DNA of 28,869 nucleotides from contig JANPEF010000159.1 of NCBI GenBank assembly GCA_031431875.1, positions 1 through 28,869 of the forward strand, in the 5' to 3' direction. Shown one piece after another: positions 9,132-17,205 of this stretch. Both the position numbers and the translations under genes were made by a program. The stretch comes from Candidatus Eiseniibacteriota bacterium. Lineage in GTDB: Bacteria > Eisenbacteria > RBG-16-71-46 > DASYSL01. How positions within the stretch are numbered: position 1 is the stretch's first letter; every line of letters begins with the position of its first letter. The notes beneath the pieces are model-generated. The model worked only from the letters and a program-made list of their open reading frames with translations. It was not told the DNA's origin and searched no databases.

Positions 9132-10310
9132 GTGAAGCTCGCCCCCATCCAGGCCGAACTGCGCGCCCGCGGCATCGACGCGTGGCTGCTCTACGACTTC
9201 CGTCACATGAACCCCATCGCCAACCGCGTCGCCGGCTTTGCGCCCGACCAGCACACCACCCGCCGCTGGTTCGGCCTCGTTCCCGCCGACGGCGAGCCGC
9301 AGTGGCTGCACTCGGCGATCGAGAGCCACCACTTCACGAACCTGCCCGGGAAGAAGACCGCGTTCGTCGGCTGGCGCGACCTCGAGGCCGCGCTCGGCGC
9401 GATGCTCGCCGGCCGCAAGCGCGTCGCCATGGAGTACTCGCCCGGCAACGCCATCCCCTACGTCGCGCGCGTCGATGCCGGCACCGTGGAACTGGTGCGT
9501 GCGCTCGGCGCCGAGGTCGTGAGCTCGGCCGACCTGGTGCAGACCTTCGAGGCGCGCTGGGGCGTCGACGGCCTCGCCTCGCACCGCCGCGCCGCGCAGC
9601 ACCTGGCCGAGATCGCGGCCCTCGCCCACGGCTGGGTCCGGGAAACGGTCCGCGCCGGGCGCACGCTGCCCGAGATCGAGTTGCAGGCCCGCATGGTCGC
9701 CGAGTACACGGCGCGCAAGCTGGTGACCAATGGTCCGCCCATCGTCGCTCGCAACGAGCACGCGGGGAACCCGCACTTCGAGCCCAACGCCGCCAACTCG
9801 CAGCCCATCGGCGACGGCGACGTGCTGCTGCTCGACCTGTGGGCCAAGGAGCCCGGCGACGACGCGATCTACGCCGACATCACGTGGATGGCGTTCGTCG
9901 GCGCGCGCGCGCCCGACGCCGTACAGCACGTGTGGGACGTCGTCTCCGGCGCCCGCGACGCGGGCGTGCGCGCCGTCACCGCGGCCGGCGAGAGCGGCAC
10001 CCCGATCCAGGGCGGCGCGGTCGACGACGTGGTGCGCGCCCACGTGCGCGGGCACGGACTCGACGCGCGCTTCATCCACCGCACGGGCCACTCGATCGGC
10101 ATCGAGACGCACGGCAACGGCGCCAACATCGACAACCTCGAGACGCGCGATGAGCGCACGCTCATCTCCGACACCGGCTTCTCGATCGAGCCCGGCGTCT
10201 ACGGCCCCGAATTCGGCGTCCGCTCCGAGATCGACGTCTACATCACGCCCGAGGGACGCGCCGAAGTGACGACCGCGCCGCAGCGATCGCTGCCCGCGCT
10301 GCTGGCGTAG
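9132..10310 (+). CDS. M24-family metallopeptidase (Xaa-Pro aminopeptidase-like)
   Basis: Pita-bread metal ligands in 'LLLDLWAK', 'YADITW', 'HRTGHSIG', 'FSIEPGVY' and 'GVRSEID'. GTG 9132 follows SD GGAGG. Confidence 0.9.
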   Translation: MKLAPIQAELRARGIDAWLLYDFRHMNPIANRVAGFAPDQHTTRRWFGLVPADGEPQWLHSAIESHHFTNLPGKKTAFVGWRDLEAALGAMLAGRKRVAMEYSPGNAIPYVARVDAGTVELVRALGAEVVSSADLVQTFEARWGVDGLASHRRAAQHLAEIAALAHGWVRETVRAGRTLPEIELQARMVAEYTARKLVTNGPPIVARNEHAGNPHFEPNAANSQPIGDGDVLLLDLWAKEPGDDAIYADITWMAFVGARAPDAVQHVWDVVSGARDAGVRAVTAAGESGTPIQGGAVDDVVRAHVRGHGLDARFIHRTGHSIGIETHGNGANIDNLETRDERTLISDTGFSIEPGVYGPEFGVRSEIDVYITPEGRAEVTTAPQRSLPALLA

Positions 10311-10321
10311 GGCGCGGGCCC

Positions 10322-11644
10322 GTGGGCGTGGTCGCCGCACTCCGGGCCGCCGCGCGCTCCCCGTGGGCGTGGGCCGCGCTCGGGCTGGTCGTGCGCCTGG
10401 CCTACGTCCTGGCCGGCCCGGGGCTCGATGCCGTGCCGTGGTCCGACAGCGTCGACTACCACCGCCTCGCGGCGCACCTGGCGAGCGGGCGCGGCTTCAC
10501 GCTCGGGCCCGACACTGCGCTGTACCCGACGACGTTCCGTCCCCCGCTGGTGCCCGCGCTCATCGCTCCGCTGTACGCCCTGTTCGGCCCGCGCTACGGC
10601 CTTTCCCTCGTGCTCCAGGCGCTGCTCGGCGCGCTCGTCGTGCCCGCCGCCGCCGCGCTCGCCGGCGCGCTCGCGCGCGACGCCGGGCGCGACGCACGCT
10701 TCGCCAGCAACGCCGCCACCCTGACCGCCGCGGCGATCGCTGTGTGGCCCCCGCTCGTCTACTTCACCGGCGCGCTGCTCACCGAGACGACCGCGTCGCT
10801 CCTGGTCACGCTCGCGCTCCTCTTCGCGGTGCGCCTGCGCGCGGGAGGTGGCACGGGACGCGCGCTCGCGCTCGGTGCGACGCTCGCGCTGGCGGCGCTT
10901 GCCCGGCCGACCGCGCTGCCCCTTGCGGCCGCGCTGCTCGCCTGGCTCGCCCTGTTCGGGCGACGCCCGCGCAGCGCCCGCGTGCGCGAGGTCGCGCTCG
11001 CCCTCGTCGCCTGCGGGCTCGTGCTCCTGCCGTGGACGCTGCGCAATCGCGCCGTCACCGGGGCGTGGATTCCGCTCACCAGCGGTGGCGGTGCGGCCCT
11101 GTGGGACGGCAACAATCCGCTCGTCCTCGCCGACCCCCGCTGGCGCGGCGGCGCGGTCAGCCTGCGCGAGGTCGAGCCGTACGCCGCGGAGTTCACGGGC
11201 ATGGACGAGCTGGCGATCGATCGCCACGCCGCCGCGCGGGCGCGCGCGTTCCTGGCGGAGGATCCGGCGCGCGCGCTGCGTATGGCGGGCTGGAAGCTGG
11301 CGCGTTTCTTCCGCACCACCGGCGAGACCGCGGTGAGCGGCACGGCCGGCCCGCCCGGCAGCGCGTGGGCGCTCCTGGCGCGGGCGATCGATCCGCTGGT
11401 GGTCACGTGGGGCGTGCTGCTGCCGTTCTTCATCGTGGGGTTCGCCTGGGCGCTGGCGCACCCCGGCCGCGCCGCCTGCGCAGCCGCGCTCGCGGTGAGC
11501 GTGCAAGCGGCACTGGCCGCGGTCTACTGGGGCTCGTTGCGCTTCCGCGCGCCGGTCGAGCCGGCGCTCGTGGTGCTGGGATCGCTCGGGCTGCTCTTCG
11601 CCCTCGCCCGGCTCAGCGCTCCGAGTACACGCTCGCGACCTTGA
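10322..11644 (+). CDS. Polytopic membrane glycosyltransferase, GT-C fold (ArnT/PMT-like)
   Basis: Many hydrophobic helices, first-loop acidic motif 'WSDSVDYHRLA', 'FRPPL.P', 'LLTET', 'LARP', 'PWTLRN...GNNP', and C-terminal 'RFRAPVEP'. Start codon uncertain. Confidence 0.72.
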   Translation: MGVVAALRAAARSPWAWAALGLVVRLAYVLAGPGLDAVPWSDSVDYHRLAAHLASGRGFTLGPDTALYPTTFRPPLVPALIAPLYALFGPRYGLSLVLQALLGALVVPAAAALAGALARDAGRDARFASNAATLTAAAIAVWPPLVYFTGALLTETTASLLVTLALLFAVRLRAGGGTGRALALGATLALAALARPTALPLAAALLAWLALFGRRPRSARVREVALALVACGLVLLPWTLRNRAVTGAWIPLTSGGGAALWDGNNPLVLADPRWRGGAVSLREVEPYAAEFTGMDELAIDRHAAARARAFLAEDPARALRMAGWKLARFFRTTGETAVSGTAGPPGSAWALLARAIDPLVVTWGVLLPFFIVGFAWALAHPGRAACAAALAVSVQAALAAVYWGSLRFRAPVEPALVVLGSLGLLFALARLSAPSTRSRP

Positions 11645-12311
11645 AGCGCACCTCGAACTCGCGGCGCACGTCGTTCTCGGCGCCGAGCACGAGCGTCGGG
11701 CCGAAGATGCGCCCCACCATCGACTGCGCGGAGAGGTCGGTCGGCAGCAGCGGGCGCACGCCCTGGCCGGAGGCCGCATCCGGCGTGTTCAGCAGTTCGA
11801 CCGGGATGAGGAAGTCGGCGTAGGTCTCGCCGGGGCGGACGTAGGTGGGCTCCTGCGGCGTGTCCTTCGTGTCGTAGGTGACGCCGCGGTGCACGGCCTT
11901 GTAGCTGCGCCCGTAGATGTCGAGGAACGTGCACTCGTCCCAGATGATGCGGATCGGCACGCCGAGGCGATTCTCGACGCGGAAGCCGACCGACGTCGTG
12001 TCGGGGCGGAAGTACAGGTAGACCTCGCGCGTGGTCACGCCGAAGTTCGTGTTCGCCGGCGAGATCATGTCGTAGCGGTACTTCCATCCGGTCGACAGCG
12101 GGTTACCGTCGGGCACGCGGGTCTGCGGCGCCGGTGCGACCGGGGCCTGGTCGGGGGCCCCGACCGCCGGCGCGGTCGACACGGGCTTCGGCATGGCGCT
12201 CGGACCGGTGTTCACCGAACCACCGCCGCATCCCGAAGTGGACCCGAGAACGACGGCACCGGCGAACACCAGGGCGATGGGACCTGCGAGGCGGACGGAC
12301 ACGGGGCGCAT
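11613..12311 (-). CDS. Predicted lipoprotein of unknown function
   Basis: ATG 12311 after strong SD GGAGGAGG. Signal peptide 'MRPVSVRLAGPIALVFAGAVVLGSTSG-C' (lipobox-like), a Pro/Ala/Ser/Thr-rich linker, then a beta-rich globular domain with normal GC3-biased codons. Confidence 0.75.
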   Translation of the reverse strand: MRPVSVRLAGPIALVFAGAVVLGSTSGCGGGSVNTGPSAMPKPVSTAPAVGAPDQAPVAPAPQTRVPDGNPLSTGWKYRYDMISPANTNFGVTTREVYLYFRPDTTSVGFRVENRLGVPIRIIWDECTFLDIYGRSYKAVHRGVTYDTKDTPQEPTYVRPGETYADFLIPVELLNTPDAASGQGVRPLLPTDLSAQSMVGRIFGPTLVLGAENDVRREFEVRFKVASVYSER

Positions 12312-12378
12312 CGAACCTCCTCCGGGAATGTCCCCCGCCCGGAGGTCCGGGCGAGGATGCGATGACGACTCGCCGGGC

Positions 12379-12407
12379 AGTCTACACCGCGGGCCGCGTC
12401 GCGCCAA
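12379..12407 (-). promoter_or_regulatory. Putative sigma70-type promoter for the lipoprotein gene, overlapping the threonine synthase 3' end
   Basis: Minus strand TTGGCG(12407-12402)-N17-TAGACT(12384-12379). The TAG of the -10 is the thrC stop codon. Confidence 0.45.
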
Positions 12408-13620
12408 TCGACTCCGCAGTCGCGACGGCGGCCAGCGCGGCCTCGATCGCCTCCAGGTACTTGAGCCCGCTGCCGGTGTTGAACAGCACGACGCGTTCCC
12501 CCGCCGCGAACCAACCGTCCGCCGCGAGCCGCTCGAACGCGGCCCACACCGCGCCGCCCTCGGGTGCGGCGAGCACGCCAGTCGCCCGCGACAGCGCGAG
12601 CGTGCCCAGGAGCATGTCCCGCTCCGGTACCGCGACCGCCGTTCCACCCGAGGCCCGCAGCGTGCCGAGCATCCAGCGATCGCCCACCGCCGCGGGTACG
12701 CGCAGCCCGGCGGCCAGCGTCGCGGGCGCCTCCCACGGCGTCGCCTCGGCGGCGCCGGCATGGAACGCGCGCACGATCGGCGCGCAGCCCTCGACCTGCA
12801 CGCTGACCAGGCGGGGCCGTCGGCCCGGCTCGATCCAGCCGAGTTCCTCGAGCTCGTCGAACGCCTTGGCCATCCCGACGAGCCCGGTGCCGCCGCCGGT
12901 CGGGTAGAGGATCGCATCGGGCAGCGTCCAGCCCAGGTCCTCGGCGATCTCGTAGCCCATCGTCTTCTTGCCCTCGACCCGGTACGGCTCGCGCAGCGTC
13001 GACAGGTCCATCCAGTCGGGCGCGGCGACCTCGCGCAGGCGGCGGCCCGCGTCGGTGATGAATCCCGGCACAAGCGTGACCTCGGCGCCGAGGGCGGTGG
13101 CCTCGACGACGAACGCGCGTGGGCAATCGGCCGGAACGAAGACGTGGGCCTGGATCCCGGCCGCCGCGGCGTACGCAGCGAGCGCGCCGCCGGCATTGCC
13201 GGCGCTGGGCAGCGCGACGTGCCGCGCGCCGAACGCGCGCGCCATGCTAACCGCGGCCGACAGGCCGCGCGCCTTGAACGATCCCGTGGGATTGCCCGAC
13301 TCATCCTTGAGCCACACGTCCGCGAGCCCGTGCCGCCGCGCCGCTTCCCGCATCGGCAGCATCGGCGTCCCGCCCTCGCCCAGGGTGACGGGCTCGACCG
13401 CGGGATCGAGCGGCAGCACCTCGCGCCAGCGCCACAGGGAACGCGGCCGCGTGGCGAAGGCCTCGCGCGAGACGCCGGCCCGCACCGCCGCCAGGTCGTA
13501 GCGCGCGGCGAGCGGCCGGCCGCAGGCGGCACACAGGCCGTGGGCGCGATCGGGTGCGACGCGCGCGGCGCAGGCCGTGCACTCGAGTGCGACGAGGAAC
13601 GGGGAGACCGCTGCGCTCAC
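12382..13620 (-). CDS. thrC: Threonine synthase (fold-type II PLP enzyme with N-terminal CxxC...CxxC)
   Basis: 'LECTAC...LCAACG', 'TLGEGGTP', PLP-lysine motif 'KDESGNPTGSFKARG', 'SAGNAG', 'EGKKTMGYE', 'YPTGGG', 'FNTGSGLKY'. GTG 13620 overlaps the rsgA stop. Confidence 0.85.
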   Translation of the reverse strand: MSAAVSPFLVALECTACAARVAPDRAHGLCAACGRPLAARYDLAAVRAGVSREAFATRPRSLWRWREVLPLDPAVEPVTLGEGGTPMLPMREAARRHGLADVWLKDESGNPTGSFKARGLSAAVSMARAFGARHVALPSAGNAGGALAAYAAAAGIQAHVFVPADCPRAFVVEATALGAEVTLVPGFITDAGRRLREVAAPDWMDLSTLREPYRVEGKKTMGYEIAEDLGWTLPDAILYPTGGGTGLVGMAKAFDELEELGWIEPGRRPRLVSVQVEGCAPIVRAFHAGAAEATPWEAPATLAAGLRVPAAVGDRWMLGTLRASGGTAVAVPERDMLLGTLALSRATGVLAAPEGGAVWAAFERLAADGWFAAGERVVLFNTGSGLKYLEAIEAALAAVATAESIGATRPAV

Positions 13621-14636
13621 CGCGGGCCCTTGCGCGCCCCCGGCGCCTTGACCCGCGGGGCCCCCGCGCGGCGGGCGGCGCCGCGACGCAGCGCCCCGGC
13701 CTCGAGTTCGTCGCGCAGGCGCACGTACGAGCGGTAGCGATCCTCGGCGATCGCGCCCTCGTCGAGTGCCGCGTGCATCGCGCAGTCGGGCTCGTCGCGA
13801 TGCGCGCAGTCGGCGAAGCGGCACGGGCCGCGGCCGCGCCACTCGGGAAACAACCGCGGCAGGTCCGCCGGATCGAGCCGCGGCAGGCCGAACGTGCGCA
13901 CCCCCGGCGTGTCGATCACCTCGGTCGGCGGCGGTCCCACGTCGAGCCGCGCCAGCGTGGCGGCGGTCGTCGTGTGGCGGCCCTTGCCGGTCTTGGCGTT
14001 GACCAGCCCGATCGCGAGCTTGAGTTCAGGCGCGAGCGCGTTCAGCAGCGTGCTCTTCCCCACCCCCGAGTGCCCGACGACCAGCGTGCGCCGGCCCGCC
14101 AGCGCGGCGCGCAGCGCGGGCACGCCCGTGCCCACCGGCGCGGCGAGCGCGTGCACCTCGTAGCCGGCGCGTTCGTAGGTCGTGCGCGCGGCGGTGACCT
14201 CCCCGGCGGACACGAGGTCGGCCTTCGAGAGCGCGATCACCAGCGGCAGGCCGCCGGCCTCGCAGGTGACGGCGATGCGATCGAGCAGTCCCTCGCGCAG
14301 CGGCGGATCGCGCAACGCGGCGACGACGAGCACGCGATCGATGTTGGCGGCGGTGATCTGGATGCGCCCGCCGGGCCCCTGCCCCGCAGCGGCGCGCTCG
14401 AAGCGATTGCGCCGCGGCGCGACCGTCACGACGACCGCCTCCGTCGAGTCGTCGTCGGGGGTGGCGCCGTCGACCGTCTCGACGGTGACCGCGTCGCCCA
14501 CGACGATCGCGTTGCCCAGGCGCCCGCCCGGGTCCTGCAGGCGCTTGCGCACGGCGGCGGCCCACACGCGGCCCGCCTCGTCGAGCACGACGACGCCACG
14601 CAGGTCGACCCGCGCGACGACGCCGGTGAACGTCAC
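13617..14636 (-). CDS. rsgA: Ribosome small subunit-dependent GTPase A (circularly permuted GTPase)
   Basis: OB-fold 'VVGD.V...PRRN', 'AANID', G4 'SKAD', G1 'GHSGVGKST', 'GKGRHTTT', G3 'DTPG', Zn finger 'CRFADCAHRDEPDC'. GTG 14636 overlaps the upstream TGA. Confidence 0.93.
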   Translation of the reverse strand: MTFTGVVARVDLRGVVVLDEAGRVWAAAVRKRLQDPGGRLGNAIVVGDAVTVETVDGATPDDDSTEAVVVTVAPRRNRFERAAAGQGPGGRIQITAANIDRVLVVAALRDPPLREGLLDRIAVTCEAGGLPLVIALSKADLVSAGEVTAARTTYERAGYEVHALAAPVGTGVPALRAALAGRRTLVVGHSGVGKSTLLNALAPELKLAIGLVNAKTGKGRHTTTAATLARLDVGPPPTEVIDTPGVRTFGLPRLDPADLPRLFPEWRGRGPCRFADCAHRDEPDCAMHAALDEGAIAEDRYRSYVRLRDELEAGALRRGAARRAGAPRVKAPGARKGPR

Positions 14637-15772
14637 TTGGCGCGCGTCTCGGGGCGTCCGGCACCCCACAGGGCGCCGCCCAGCGCGACGACGAGGGCGG
14701 CCACGGGCAGCGCCAGCACGGCGCCCAGGAAGCCGCCGATCGCGCTGCCGGCGAGGACGGCGAGGATGATGATGAAGGGATGGAGCTCGAGGCGCGAGCT
14801 CATGAGGCGCGGGTTGATCACGTAGTTGTTCACCTGGTTGAGCAGGACGTAGGCGCCGAGGACGATCAGGGTCTGGCCCAGGCCCTGGCTCGAGGTGACG
14901 ACGGCGAGCGCGCCGACGACCGCGACCGAGCCGAGGAACGGCACGGCCTCGGCGATGCCCGCGACGACGCCGAGCGCGAGCGAGTAGCGCACGCCGAGCA
15001 GCGTGAACAACAGGGTGGCGAGCACGCCGCAGACCAGCACGACCAGCGTCTGGCCGCGCACGTAGGTCGCCAGCGAACGATCCGCCTCGTCGAGCAGATG
15101 CCGGGCCATCGAGCGCCACGACACCGGCAGGCCCTCGACGAAGTTGCGCGTCAAGGTGCCGCCGTCGGCGAGGATGTAGAATGCCCCGATCGGAACGACC
15201 AGCAGGCCGAGCACGTTGCCCACGGTCCCGGCGAGCTTGAACGCGGCCTGGCCCACGCCCGACGCCGAGCGTTCGACCAGCCCGTGCCACTCCTGCGCCA
15301 CCGCGGCCCACACCTCGGGGGCGAGCCCCATGCCGCGGCGCGCCTCCATCTGCGCCAGCCACTCCTCGACGGTGCGGTAGTAGTTGGGGAGCTCGCGCCC
15401 CAGGCGCTGCAGCTCGATCCACAGGATGGGCACGAACCAGTACAGCGCGAAGCCGAGTGCCACGACCGCGAGCAGCACGACGATGCCCGCTGCCGGCTTG
15501 CGGCCCAGCACTCGCCCGCGCGGCAGCGGCACGCGGGCCAGGCGATCGACCGGCGGCTGCAGCACGTAGGCCATGAAGATCGAGCCGACGAGCACCAGCA
15601 GAACGTCGCGCACCTGGTACATGAGGTAGCCGAGGCAGGCGATGGCGACCAGCGAGCCGAGCGACAGCGCGTTCCAGCTCCAGTGGAACGTCGTCGTGCG
15701 ATTGCGCGCCGGGGGCGGCGGTGCGACGGGCGGTGCGACGGGCGGCGCGGGAGGCGGCGGGGCCGAACTCAC
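14633..15772 (-). CDS. AI-2E (PerM/UPF0118) family transporter
   Basis: 'AYVLQPPVDRL', 'FYILADG', 'YVRGQ', 'VPFLG', 'YVINPRLMSSRLELHP', 'GGFLGAVLALP'. About 8 TM segments and a Pro-rich N-terminus. Confidence 0.9.
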   Translation of the reverse strand: MSSAPPPPAPPVAPPVAPPPPARNRTTTFHWSWNALSLGSLVAIACLGYLMYQVRDVLLVLVGSIFMAYVLQPPVDRLARVPLPRGRVLGRKPAAGIVVLLAVVALGFALYWFVPILWIELQRLGRELPNYYRTVEEWLAQMEARRGMGLAPEVWAAVAQEWHGLVERSASGVGQAAFKLAGTVGNVLGLLVVPIGAFYILADGGTLTRNFVEGLPVSWRSMARHLLDEADRSLATYVRGQTLVVLVCGVLATLLFTLLGVRYSLALGVVAGIAEAVPFLGSVAVVGALAVVTSSQGLGQTLIVLGAYVLLNQVNNYVINPRLMSSRLELHPFIIILAVLAGSAIGGFLGAVLALPVAALVVALGGALWGAGRPETRAK

Positions 15773-17205
15773 CAGCCGGCCTGCACGCCGATCGGCAGCA
15801 CCAGGGAGAACGTGGCGCCCCGGCCGGCTTCGCTCTCCACGGAAATGCGCCCGCGGTGGGCCGCCGCGATCCGGTAGCAGGTGGCCAGGCCGAAGCCATG
15901 GCCCGTGGGCTTGGTGGTGAACGTCGGCTCGAAGATCTTCTCCTGTACCGCGCGGCTCATGCCGGGCCCGTTGTCGGTGACGCGCACGATCACGGTCTCG
16001 TCGGGATCCTGCCAGCCGGTGGAGACGATGATCTTCTTCTGCGGCGTCCCCTTCTCGATCATCGCCTCGGCCGCGTTCTGGAACAGGTTGATGAACACCT
16101 GCTGCAGCTGGCCGGCGTCCGCGGCGATCAGCGGCAGAGCGTCGGTGAGCACGAGCTCGAACTCGACCTGGTTGAACTTGTTCTGCGGCCGTACGAAGTC
16201 GACCGTGCGGCGCAGCAGGTCGTTGAGGTCGACGCGAACGACCTTCATCTCCTTGTGCGAGAAGTCCATCAGCCCCTTGGTCAGGATCGCCATGTTCGAC
16301 GCCTGCTCCATGATGATGCGGGCGTGCCGCGCGGTCTTCTCTGGATCGGCCTTGCCGAGCTCGAGTGTCAGCATCTGGGCGCGGGCCGAGATCGCGGCCA
16401 GGTAGTTCGAGATCTCGTGGCCGATCTCGGCGGCCATCTCGCCCTTGGCCGCCATCCGTTCCTGGTGCACGAGCTGGTCCTGCGCCTTCTTGAGTTCAAC
16501 GTAGCGGCGGTGCGAGTCACGGATGACGAGCACCGGGACGTAGAACAGGATGATCCCCGCCCAGCTCAGGATCGCGTACGACACGGTCATCAGCGGCGAG
16601 AGGAACAGCAACGCGAGATCCGAGATCAGCTGCTCGGCATAGAGATAGTCCTCGCGGATCACCAGCTTGATCGGGCGGTCGGCGCCCCAGCCCGTGGCCA
16701 CCGCAACGAGCGCGATGTTGAGCACGCGGTAGACCAGCCCGAGGCCGAGCAGCGGGATGAGCAGCCCCACCATCCACGCCACCTCGAGGCGGCCCTGCGC
16801 CTGGGCGACCAGCGGCCAGATGCCCTCGCGCTGTCCGCTCAGGAGCGCAAACGTCCAACCCGCCGCGGACATGACGACGACCATGGCGGCGGTGTTGAAC
16901 AGCGCGCGGATCGGCGGCCGGCGGCGCAGCGCGACGTCGGCGATCGCCGTCGACACCGCGACGATCCAGATCGCCGGCGTGACGCCCCACAGGACGACGG
17001 TGGCGAAGTTGGCCGCCGAGGCCATCGAGTCGGTGCCCTCACCCGTGATCGTGGGCAGCCACAGGCTCTCGGCCACGATCGTGATCGCGACCCAGGCGAG
17101 CCAGTGGACGAGCAGGACATGCGTCCAGTCGAGCGGATGCAGCGCGAGCAGCACCAGGGCGCTCGCGACCATGGATCCGACGTACAGGACGAGACGACGA
17201 CTCAC
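15769..17205 (-). CDS. Membrane-bound sensor histidine kinase
   Basis: Multi-TM N-terminal region, H-box 'AAEIGHEISNYL', N-box 'QQVFINLFQNAAEA', 'DNGPGM', 'IFEPTFTTK', 'GHGFGLA'. GTG directly after the upstream TGA, with SD GGAGG. Confidence 0.92.
   Translation of the reverse strand: MSRRLVLYVGSMVASALVLLALHPLDWTHVLLVHWLAWVAITIVAESLWLPTITGEGTDSMASAANFATVVLWGVTPAIWIVAVSTAIADVALRRRPPIRALFNTAAMVVVMSAAGWTFALLSGQREGIWPLVAQAQGRLEVAWMVGLLIPLLGLGLVYRVLNIALVAVATGWGADRPIKLVIREDYLYAEQLISDLALLFLSPLMTVSYAILSWAGIILFYVPVLVIRDSHRRYVELKKAQDQLVHQERMAAKGEMAAEIGHEISNYLAAISARAQMLTLELGKADPEKTARHARIIMEQASNMAILTKGLMDFSHKEMKVVRVDLNDLLRRTVDFVRPQNKFNQVEFELVLTDALPLIAADAGQLQQVFINLFQNAAEAMIEKGTPQKKIIVSTGWQDPDETVIVRVTDNGPGMSRAVQEKIFEPTFTTKPTGHGFGLATCYRIAAAHRGRISVESEAGRGATFSLVLPIGVQAGW

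Noticed and set aside
14212..14232. RsgA G4 motif reads SKAD rather than NKxD
   Set aside because: N/T/S variation at this position occurs in the family and all other motifs are intact, so it is not evidence of a pseudogene or new specificity.
15711..15765. Short direct repeats (GGCGGTGCGACG x2) at the AI-2E 5' end
   Set aside because: Simply encode a Pro-rich PPVA-PPVA N-terminal tail. No spacers, not CRISPR-like.
13617..15899. Apparent long N-terminal extensions or fusions in the ORF track (RsgA 760 aa, BshC 642 aa, GNAT 516 aa, FdhD 675 aa, lipoprotein 639 aa, YaeQ 329 aa)
   Set aside because: The extensions are off-frame read-through of neighbouring genes. Better starts sit at stop-start overlaps or behind clear SD sequences.
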